DNA of 64,000 nt, from contig OZ242374.1 of NCBI GenBank assembly GCA_965209055.1, forward strand, positions 4,000,001-4,064,000. The letters run 5' to 3'. The first letter of the stretch is position 1; each line of letters begins with the position of its first letter. This document shows positions 39,032 to 46,862 of the stretch, piece after piece. Under the pieces are notes generated by a model. That model saw only the letters and a program-made list of their open reading frames with translations, was not told where the DNA came from and ran no database searches. The position numbers and the translations under genes were made by a program. The DNA is from Acidobacteriota bacterium. GTDB taxonomy: Bacteria > Acidobacteriota > UBA6911 > RPQK01 > JAJDTT01.

Positions 39032-42000
39032 ATGAGTTGGTTACAGGTAGGGAACCCGTCGCGTTGCGGCGAGGCCGGCAGTTATAGGCCTAGGCGACGA
39101 TCTAGCGGAGTCTTTAGTCTGCCGGCGTTGGTCTTGGCGGTCAGCATTTCAAACCTTCTGGCCATTCAGGAAGAGTCTGCGCCCGATTTCGAGACCCACA
39201 TTTTTCCCCTCTTCGAAGCTCACTGCCTGTCCTGCCATGGGGCGTCGCAACCGCAGGGCGAACTGGACCTGACGACCCATGAGACCACTCTGGAGGGCGG
39301 GAAAACCGGTCCCGCGCTGGTTCCCGGTTCACCGTTGGAGAGCTTGCTGCTGGAGAAGCTCCACTCCGGAGCGATGCCGATGGGAGCCGCCAGGCTGAGT
39401 GACGACCAGATTAACCTGGTCCGTCGCTGGATCGAAGACGGTGCCCGCCGCGCGGAAGCGGAGGCCGAGGCTGTTGCTGTAGCGGCTTCAAACGTGGTCG
39501 CCGGGCCCGAGACCGTGACCACCATCCTCAACGTCAAGTGTCTCCTCTGCCACGGCCGCCGCAACCAGGAGGGGGGCCTCGACCTGCAGACCCGGGCGAG
39601 TCTGCTCAAGGGAGGCGCCTCGGGATCCGCCATCGTCCCTGGAAAACCGGATGAGAGCCTGCTCATTCAACGGATAGAAAACTCCGACATGCCCCCGCTG
39701 AAGGATCAGGCCAGGCTCTCGGTGCGCGCCGTGACCTCGTCGGAGCTGGAACGCCTTCGGGCCTGGATCGCCGCCGGGGCGCCCTACGATGAACGGAAGC
39801 CGGAGCCGGTCGTTGCTACGGAGGACGCCCTCGTCAGCGACTCGGACCGCGATTTCTGGTCGTTTCGCCCGCCGGTTCGGCCTCCGGTCCCGGAAGTTCA
39901 ACATCAGGATCGCGTTCGCAACCCCATCGACGCCTTCCTTTTGGAAAAGCTGGAAGCAGAGGGGTACACCTTCTCGGCCGATGCTCCACCCCTGACCTTG
40001 CTGCGGCGGGCCTACTTCGACGTGACCGGGTTGCCGCCGACGTCCGAAGCCGTCCAAGCCTATGAGGGCACGCCGGAAGCGTACGGGAAGCTGGTGGACG
40101 ACCTCTTGGACTCTCCCGGATACGGCGAACATTGGGGCCGCCGTTGGCTGGATGCCGCCGGCTATTCCGACTCGGAGGGACAGGTGTCGGCCGACGCGAT
40201 CCGTCCCAATGCCTGGCGCTACCGCGATTATGTCATTCGCTCCCTCAACGCCGACAAGCCCTACGACCGCTTCCTGCAGGAGCAGATCGCCGGCGACGAG
40301 CTCTTCGACTACAAGGCGGCGAAAGAACTGACCCCCGAGCAGCGCGATCGGCTGGTGGCGACGGGTTTCATGCGCATGGGTCCGGACGGGACCTACAGCG
40401 TCTCCCAGGCCTTCGTCCCTGAACGTCTGGAGGTCGTGGCCAGCCAGGTAGAGATCCTCAGTTCCTCGGTGATGGGGATCACCATGGCCTGCGCGCGCTG
40501 TCACGATCACAAGTACGATCCCATTCCACAGCGCGACTACTATCGATTCAGCGCCATCCTGCGCTCCGCTTTCGATCCCTACGATTGGCTCTCTCCCAGC
40601 GAGACTCCCGTCGGCCCGGAGGCGGATTGGAACGACAGCAACATGCGCGTACTGCAGGGAGCGCCTGTGGAGGAGGTCCGGGAAGCCGACGAGACCAACG
40701 CTCCCGTTCTGCGTGAGATCGAGGAAATCGAGCAGGCCTTCGAGGAGAAGGCGAACGTCCTGCGCGAGAAGCTCTTGAAGGAAAAGAGAGCCGCAATCCC
40801 GGATTTGGTTCGGGAAGAGGTGATCGCGGCGGAGAAGACACCGGTTCCGGAACGGACTCCAGTACAGGAATACCTGGTCGAACGCTTTCGGGACCAGTTG
40901 CAAATCCTGCCCGAGGAATTGGAGAAGCGCTTCCCATCCTTCCAGAAGGTGGCCAAGGAGAAGAGGGATGCCGTCCAGGCGGTCAGGAAACGGCTCAAGG
41001 GGAATCCCAGGCTCCGGGCCCTGTTCGACATGGGTGGCCGGCCCACGGCGGTTCACGTCCTGGGCCGGGGACAATACCAGAATCCCCTGGAGCCGGTCGC
41101 TCCGGGCATCCCCTCCGTCCTGGGCGTGGGTCTCGAGCCCTACCGGCTGGAAAAGCCGAAGTGGACGACTGACACGACGGGCCGTCGATTGGCCCTGGCC
41201 AAATGGCTCACGCAATCCCGGCACCCCCTCACCGCCAGGGTTCTGGTCAATCGCATCTGGCAGTACTACTTCGGCTCCGGTCTGGTGAAGACGGTGGGGA
41301 ACTTCGGCCGCACCGGCGCCCCTCCATCGCACCCCGAGCTCCTCGACTGGCTGGCCACGGAATTCGTCCGGAGCGGTTGGAGCATGAAGGCGTTGCACCG
41401 GATGATCCTGACCTCGACCGCCTACCGTCAGAGTTCCCGCCGGAATCCCGGGATCGACGGTGACCCCGACAACCGTCTGCTCTCCTACTTTCCCATGCGC
41501 CGGCTGGATGCCGACGCCGTCCGCGACTCCATTCTGAAGGTGTCCGGGCGGCTGGACCCGACACCGTTCGGTCCTCCCGATTCCATTGAGGAGAAAGCGG
41601 ATGGAGAAGTGGTGGCCAAGGAGTCGAAGCGGGGATATCGGAGAAGCCTCTACCTGATGCAACGGCGCTCGACCCCGGTCACCATGCTGGACACCTTCGA
41701 CGCGCCCCAGTTGCGGCCCAACTGCCTGGTGCGGAACCGTTCCACCGTCTCGTCCCAAGCCCTGCAGTTGATGAACAGCGAGACGGTCCGGACCAGTTCC
41801 CGTTTCATGGCGGGAAGAGTGATCGACCATGTCGGCCGCGACCCGGAGGCGCAGGTGAAGAGAGTCTACCTGGCCGCGCTGGGACGTCCGCCGTCTCCGG
41901 AGGAACTGGATTGGAGCAAGTCGACATTGGCGGACATGACCGAGGAGTGGAAACGGGATCTGGACCAGGACCGTTCCCCCGAGCCTCGGCAGGGCAGGGC

Positions 42001-42070
42001 GCAATGGCTGGCGCTGGGCGCCTTCTGCCATACCCTGTTCAACACCGCAGAATTCCTCTACATCGATTGA
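39032..42070 (+). CDS. Planctomycete cytochrome c / DUF1549 / DUF1553 (PSD1) protein
   Basis: CLSCH, CLLCH, NPIDAF, YGEHWGRRWLD, CARCHDHKYDP, HPLTARV and PSHPELLDWLA motifs. Confidence 0.93.
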   Translation: MSWLQVGNPSRCGEAGSYRPRRRSSGVFSLPALVLAVSISNLLAIQEESAPDFETHIFPLFEAHCLSCHGASQPQGELDLTTHETTLEGGKTGPALVPGSPLESLLLEKLHSGAMPMGAARLSDDQINLVRRWIEDGARRAEAEAEAVAVAASNVVAGPETVTTILNVKCLLCHGRRNQEGGLDLQTRASLLKGGASGSAIVPGKPDESLLIQRIENSDMPPLKDQARLSVRAVTSSELERLRAWIAAGAPYDERKPEPVVATEDALVSDSDRDFWSFRPPVRPPVPEVQHQDRVRNPIDAFLLEKLEAEGYTFSADAPPLTLLRRAYFDVTGLPPTSEAVQAYEGTPEAYGKLVDDLLDSPGYGEHWGRRWLDAAGYSDSEGQVSADAIRPNAWRYRDYVIRSLNADKPYDRFLQEQIAGDELFDYKAAKELTPEQRDRLVATGFMRMGPDGTYSVSQAFVPERLEVVASQVEILSSSVMGITMACARCHDHKYDPIPQRDYYRFSAILRSAFDPYDWLSPSETPVGPEADWNDSNMRVLQGAPVEEVREADETNAPVLREIEEIEQAFEEKANVLREKLLKEKRAAIPDLVREEVIAAEKTPVPERTPVQEYLVERFRDQLQILPEELEKRFPSFQKVAKEKRDAVQAVRKRLKGNPRLRALFDMGGRPTAVHVLGRGQYQNPLEPVAPGIPSVLGVGLEPYRLEKPKWTTDTTGRRLALAKWLTQSRHPLTARVLVNRIWQYYFGSGLVKTVGNFGRTGAPPSHPELLDWLATEFVRSGWSMKALHRMILTSTAYRQSSRRNPGIDGDPDNRLLSYFPMRRLDADAVRDSILKVSGRLDPTPFGPPDSIEEKADGEVVAKESKRGYRRSLYLMQRRSTPVTMLDTFDAPQLRPNCLVRNRSTVSSQALQLMNSETVRTSSRFMAGRVIDHVGRDPEAQVKRVYLAALGRPPSPEELDWSKSTLADMTEEWKRDLDQDRSPEPRQGRAQWLALGAFCHTLFNTAEFLYID

Positions 42071-42081
42071 GGAGCCTGAAG

Positions 42082-43563
42082 ATGGACAACGTGACCGGAA
42101 TGAGAGATGGGACTCCGAACCTGTCAAGCGCAGAGCTGCCGCGGAGAACCTTCTTCTCCCGGGTCGGAGACGGATTGCATGGCACGGCCCTGGCATGGCT
42201 GCTGGGCCGGGACCTGGTGGGCGCCACACCGGCGCCGGACGGAGCCCGGGATCGAATCTACGATTTGCGGCCGCGCCAGCCCCACTTCGAGCCCAAGGCG
42301 ACCTCCGTTATTCAGTTCTTCATGAACGGAGGGCCCAGCCAGGTGGACCTGTTCGATCCCAAACCCGCCTTGGAGCGTTACGCGGGCAAACCGCCGGGAC
42401 GGGATCTGGCCAGCACCATCGAATTCATCAACGAAGCGGGCGGATTCATGCCCTCGCCCTTCAAGTTCAAGCGGCGCGGTCAATCCGGTCTCCAGATGTC
42501 CAACATGATGCCGCATCTGGCCGAGCAGGTGGACGACATCGCCGTGATCCGCTCCATGTTCACCACCCACTTCAACCATGAACCGTCCATCTTCCTGATG
42601 CACAGCGGGCGGCCCTTCTCCAACCGTCCCAGCCTGGGGTCCTGGGTCGTGTACGGACTGGGCAGTGAGAACCAGAACCTGCCGGCCTACGTGGTTCTGG
42701 ACGATCCCAAGGGACTGCCCATCAACCACATCCAGAACTGGCACTCGGGGTGGCTTCCGCCGGTGTACCAGGGAACGCGGGTGCGCGCCAAGGGGACGCC
42801 GATCCTGAACCTGAAGGCGCAGAATGAATATCCCGACCCGGTGAGGGACCTGGCCCGAACACTGCAGGGTCGCCTGGACCGGCGCCATCGGGACCAGCGC
42901 CCGGGAGAGACGGAACTACAAGCGCGAATCACCAACTACGAGTTGGCGGCCCGGATGCAGTTGGCGGCCAGCGACGCCCTGGACCTTACCCAGGAGAGCC
43001 CCAAGACTCGGGAGATGTACGGCATCGGCCAGGAAGAGACCGACTCCTACGGGCGGCGCTGCCTGATGGCGCGGCGCCTGGTGGAACGGGGGGTCCGGCT
43101 GGTCCAGCTCTATATCGAGGGCCAGATCTGGGATACCCACCAGAACCTGGAACAGATGCTCGCGTACGCCTGCGGCAAGACCGACCAACCGGTGGCCGCC
43201 CTGCTGAAGGACCTGAAGCAGCGGGGCCTGCTCGACTCGACGCTTCTGGTCTGGGGCGGGGAATTCGGACGGCTGCCCCTCTCCCAGAGCCGGCAGGGGA
43301 ACCTGGCGGGACGCGACCATGGACCCGCCGGATTCTCCGTCTGGCTGGCCGGAGGCGGAGTCAAGGGCGGCACCGTCCACGGCGCCACCGACGAAATCGG
43401 CTTCCGGGCGGTGGAAAACCGGGTCAGCGTCCACGACCTGCACGCCACCATCCTGCACCAGCTCGGTTTGGACCACCGCCAACTGGTCATGGTCCGCGAA
43501 GGCCGCAGCGAGCGCCTCACCGACGAATTCCCGGCCCGGGTGGTGAAGGAGATCCTGGCGTAG
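42082..43563 (+). CDS. DUF1501 domain protein
   Basis: RRTFF leader; MNGGPSQVDLFDPKP, WDTH, GGEFGRLP, GRDH and DLHATIL motifs. Confidence 0.93.
   Translation: MDNVTGMRDGTPNLSSAELPRRTFFSRVGDGLHGTALAWLLGRDLVGATPAPDGARDRIYDLRPRQPHFEPKATSVIQFFMNGGPSQVDLFDPKPALERYAGKPPGRDLASTIEFINEAGGFMPSPFKFKRRGQSGLQMSNMMPHLAEQVDDIAVIRSMFTTHFNHEPSIFLMHSGRPFSNRPSLGSWVVYGLGSENQNLPAYVVLDDPKGLPINHIQNWHSGWLPPVYQGTRVRAKGTPILNLKAQNEYPDPVRDLARTLQGRLDRRHRDQRPGETELQARITNYELAARMQLAASDALDLTQESPKTREMYGIGQEETDSYGRRCLMARRLVERGVRLVQLYIEGQIWDTHQNLEQMLAYACGKTDQPVAALLKDLKQRGLLDSTLLVWGGEFGRLPLSQSRQGNLAGRDHGPAGFSVWLAGGGVKGGTVHGATDEIGFRAVENRVSVHDLHATILHQLGLDHRQLVMVREGRSERLTDEFPARVVKEILA
43107..43136 (+). repeat. 30-bp direct repeat, copy 1 (inside the DUF1501 gene)
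   Basis: GCTCTATATCGAGGGCCAGATCTGGGATAC; 29/30 identical to 44779-44808. Confidence 0.85.
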
Positions 43564-43603
43564 AGTCGCCTGCAGCGACTGCTTCCGCACTCGGCGGAGT
43601 GGC

Positions 43604-43645
43604 TTGAACTTGTCTCCTTACTGTTTTACAGTTCTAGTAAGGAGA
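43604..43645 (+). promoter_or_regulatory. Promoter plus operator of the AbrB-PIN operon
   Basis: TTGAAC-17 bp-TACAGT, overlapped by the 10-bp inverted repeat TCTCCTTACT / AGTAAGGAGA, whose right arm is the RBS. Confidence 0.65.
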
Positions 43646-43653
43646 TCGGTGCT

Positions 43654-43896
43654 ATGGTCGTCAAGATCACTTCGAAGCGACAAGTTACTTTTCCAAAGCG
43701 GGTGCTGGAGGTCATGGGCGTGGGTCCGGGTGACCAGCTTGAACTGAACGAAGGGCCTGACGGTTTCACGATACGCCCGAGACGCGTCGACTATTCTCGC
43801 CTGGGGACATTACGCAACAGGATCCCGTCGGGACATCCGCCGTTCGATATCGAGAGCTTCAGGAATCAGGCGTATGACCCGGCGTTTCGGGATTGA
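43654..43896 (+). CDS. AbrB/MazE/SpoVT-family antitoxin
   Basis: KITSKRQVTFPK...GVGPGDQL motif. Confidence 0.9.
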   Translation: MVVKITSKRQVTFPKRVLEVMGVGPGDQLELNEGPDGFTIRPRRVDYSRLGTLRNRIPSGHPPFDIESFRNQAYDPAFRD

Positions 43897-44269
43897 TACC
43901 TCGATCCTGGTCCGTCTCCTTACCGGACATCCGGAATCGGACTTTGAGTATTGCGTGAGCCGGCTGCGCCGTATGCTCAAACAAGGCTGTGAAATCTTCG
44001 CATCGAATCAGGTCATCGGGGAGGCGTATATTGCCGTGCAACACCACTACGGGGTGTCCAAGGCCGAGGCCCGCGCGGCGATGCTTGATGTACTGAGTAG
44101 TGGACTGGTCGGCCCCGAGAACGGTCGATCCGTCGTGGCAGCGCTCGAGGCGTCGGGTGGTCCTGGGCTGTTCGATCGGTTGATCGCAGATGATTACGCT
44201 CGAGCCGGTCTAGAGGTCCTTAGCTTGGACCGTAAGATGACAGGGCTGGACCAGGTCCGTCTACTGTAG
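43874..44269 (+). CDS. PIN-domain toxin (VapC-like)
   Basis: GIDTSILVRLL, E, FDRLI and SLDRK motifs. Confidence 0.88.
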   Translation: MTRRFGIDTSILVRLLTGHPESDFEYCVSRLRRMLKQGCEIFASNQVIGEAYIAVQHHYGVSKAEARAAMLDVLSSGLVGPENGRSVVAALEASGGPGLFDRLIADDYARAGLEVLSLDRKMTGLDQVRLL

Positions 44270-44348
44270 ATGGGAGCCGTGCCTCCCGGACGACAGGAAC
44301 CTGCAAGAGTGAACCCGCTGAGACGTATCCGCAGCCGAATCTTGCCCC

Positions 44349-44573
44349 ATGGTTCCATTAGATCATAGTGAGCGGGTCTATGACGTCGGACCCGTGGTGG
44401 ACGCCCTGGACCGCGCATACCATGGGGACCGGGAGGCTATCGTTGGATTTCTGAACCGGCCACACCCTCTCCTGGATGGTGAGACGCCTTTCGACATGAC
44501 GCGATCCAGTTCGGCCGGTGCGGCAGTAGTATTGAAACTCATCCGTCGCGCCGAGGCCGGATTTGCTCTCTGA
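44349..44573 (+). pseudogene. Xre/MbcA/ParS antitoxin, 5'-truncated remnant
   Basis: SERVY...FLNRPHPLLDGETP...IRRAEAG C-terminal domain; no recognizable N-terminal HTH. Confidence 0.7.
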
Positions 44574-44584
44574 TGCATCCGTGA

Positions 44585-44741
44585 GTGCTGCCGGAAACGA
44601 TGCGGGCGTACCGGATCGGCGACCCTTCGGGACAGTTCTCGGTGTGGAGCACGGATGGCGCCAAGCGACGGCCGGAAGATGGCATGAGGCAGGCGCGAAA
44701 GTCATCTATGCGTCGGAGAACTATTCGACGGCGATGCTGGA
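44585..44741 (+). pseudogene. RES toxin remnant, frameshifted and truncated
   Basis: RAYRIGDP...STDGAK in one frame and GRWHEAGAKVIYASENYSTAMLE in another; similarity stops near 44741. Confidence 0.75.
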
Positions 44742-44778
44742 AACGACGGAAGAAACGGGGACAGTCACATTCTCGCGC

Positions 44779-44808
44779 GCTCTATATCGAGGGCCAGATT
44801 TGGGATAC
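44779..44808 (+). repeat. 30-bp direct repeat, copy 2 (ectopic DUF1501 fragment)
   Basis: GCTCTATATCGAGGGCCAGATTTGGGATAC. Confidence 0.85.
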
Positions 44809-44815
44809 GTGCATC

Positions 44816-45742
44816 TCAAGCCACGGCTTGGAACCGTTCGAACCGCTGGGCGAGGCGGTCTCTATCCGGTCGATCCTGGATCCGTCTCGGCAGGTTAATG
44901 GTTCCGCCATTAAGTCCCTTTAAGGCTTCCAGGACCGGGCCGTCCTTCAGGTCGAGCAGTCGGTCGGAGACATGCAGTTGGTAATCCGGGTCGATGCCGA
45001 TCAGATGTGCATCAAAGGCGGCATGATGGATTTTAGATAGCGGGATGCCGTTCGGAATCACGGGCTGTCCCAGGTGCTCGTCCTTGTCCGAGATGATATG
45101 CGCGGCGTCCAATAGCAGGGGTTCGGACAACCCCGAAAATGCGCATCTGTCGTTATAGGCACTGATAACGGCTTCCCGAAACGATACTTGGTGCAGGCGG
45201 TGTTTGACAGTCCGCAGAGCATACCGTCGTTCCAGAGTAGTTTCCGGTGGTTCCAATGATTCTTGTTCGGGGATTCCGAATGAAACGCTGGCGTTCAATG
45301 CATCGGGGTCCCAACCGGAGATAAATGCCGGCACGATGGCCTGATAGCGGCCGGGAGCTATTCCGAGAAAATAGATTACGGGTATCCGGTTCTCGAATGC
45401 TTCCCGTAGCCAGCGATTGTCCGCAGCCTCAGGATTCCGTCCCATGAAAGCGTAGTCGATGGTCTCGTCTCCTTCGTAGATCTGGCGGTGAACCTGCCGT
45501 TGATCGTCGTACCAGACCCGGCCGCCAGGCTTCGGAAAAACGGTCCTGATTGAAAGCAGGAACCGCATCTGCCTGGGCTTGAAAATTCCCCGTTGCGGAT
45601 TGACCAATGGAATCCGTTTGTTCTCGAAAACCAGACCGGGCTTCAACTCTTTAGCGGTCAGTTGACCGTGGACCTCTTGCAGTCTTCGAACATGTTCGAA
45701 GGCCGCTATGCGAATCGCGATGTCACGGTCACTTTGGGCCAT
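44816..45742 (-). CDS. HNH endonuclease with putative SRA-like N-terminal domain
   Basis: RLHQVSFR...CAFSG...LDAAHII...NGIPLSKIHHAAFD; N-terminal GIFKP...YDD...ADNRWL. Confidence 0.85.
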   Translation of the reverse strand: MAQSDRDIAIRIAAFEHVRRLQEVHGQLTAKELKPGLVFENKRIPLVNPQRGIFKPRQMRFLLSIRTVFPKPGGRVWYDDQRQVHRQIYEGDETIDYAFMGRNPEAADNRWLREAFENRIPVIYFLGIAPGRYQAIVPAFISGWDPDALNASVSFGIPEQESLEPPETTLERRYALRTVKHRLHQVSFREAVISAYNDRCAFSGLSEPLLLDAAHIISDKDEHLGQPVIPNGIPLSKIHHAAFDAHLIGIDPDYQLHVSDRLLDLKDGPVLEALKGLNGGTINLPRRIQDRPDRDRLAQRFERFQAVA

Positions 45743-45753
45743 ATTGATCCCGC

Positions 45754-46674
45754 TCAACCTCTGAAACAGTGGTCGTTGTGCCATGCCAAGGCCCGGGAGG
45801 CGGGGCGTAGCTCCGGTTTCTGTGGGACTGCAATCCTTTTTCCATGAAGTGCGTAGTAATCCCTGCCGTTCTCGAACTCTTCCCGAATGCGGCGGCTGAC
45901 TTCGAAGTGGAGATCAGGAGAGACCGTAACGTAACCCCTGTCGAATAGCCGGTGAATGTCACTGCGAAGCAGCAGTCCGTTGGGTGGCTCGTGCTTGCCG
46001 CCGTCGCGATAGGGTCGAATATGGGCGGCATCCAACGCGGGCAAAGTCCGTTCCCGTGTAACTGCACATCGGCGCGCATAAATTTCGGTCACGACCACGC
46101 GAAATGCCCCTTGGCCGAGCCGCGGCTGAATAATCTGGGGGTTGCCGTATCGTGAGCCTGGCTCCGCGATTCCACCTGGCGTTAGTTTGTTCAGCCGTTC
46201 ATTGATGTCGTTCCAAAGCTGGAGGCCCTCACTATCGGCAGTGTTGTAGGTTTTTAGGGCTACGATGTTGGGGGACCAGCTCTTCGGCGCCGGAATCCAA
46301 TCGGATTCGTCGAAAAAGAAGGGTTGGGTCAGAATACGGCAACCGATGTCAAAGTCACTGTGACCATCGGTCACCGTTCTTCGATACTTGGCAATGCGAA
46401 ACCGCATTTGCCGCGCGGAACGCGCCCCGTTAGCTTCCCCAAATGCTTCCCAAGCAAGTGAGCATGGGAGTGTGCTGGCGTACGCGAAAATCCCACCGCC
46501 GACAATTACGTTTCTGGGGGCATGTAACTTGAAGAGGAAGAACTCGCCTTGTTGGAGGGCTCGAAAATTCTTGGGTGAGGGGGACCAGAAATTGACTTCC
46601 GGAAGATCAGGTTTTCGGCGGAGCATCTCGAACCAATCGTCGTCAGTAACAGCGACAACGAGTTTGATGCCCAT
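45754..46674 (-). CDS. HNH endonuclease with putative EVE/PUA-like N-terminal domain
   Basis: RLGQGAFR...CAVT...LDAAHIRPY...NGLLLRSDIHRLFD; N-terminal VTDDDWF...NFW...FLFK...GGG. Confidence 0.88.
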   Translation of the reverse strand: MGIKLVVAVTDDDWFEMLRRKPDLPEVNFWSPSPKNFRALQQGEFFLFKLHAPRNVIVGGGIFAYASTLPCSLAWEAFGEANGARSARQMRFRIAKYRRTVTDGHSDFDIGCRILTQPFFFDESDWIPAPKSWSPNIVALKTYNTADSEGLQLWNDINERLNKLTPGGIAEPGSRYGNPQIIQPRLGQGAFRVVVTEIYARRCAVTRERTLPALDAAHIRPYRDGGKHEPPNGLLLRSDIHRLFDRGYVTVSPDLHFEVSRRIREEFENGRDYYALHGKRIAVPQKPELRPASRALAWHNDHCFRG

Positions 46675-46862
46675 TAGAGTCTATCTCTGTCCCATAAGTT
46701 GCACACGAGCAAATCCAGCATAACTTTCTAACAATTTAGTAAATTAACGGATATGGACGCAAGTGTATGTTCGTAATATCCAGTTTCGGGTTATGGTAAT
46801 GTTTGCCTCATATTAGGCCGAGATGTTCATTGTCCGGGATTCGGAAACGTGGATAAAAACAC

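Noticed and set aside
44758-46693. GGGACAG / CTGTCCC inverted pair around the HNH genes as TIRs
   Set aside because: Only 7 bp, no extension and no TSD
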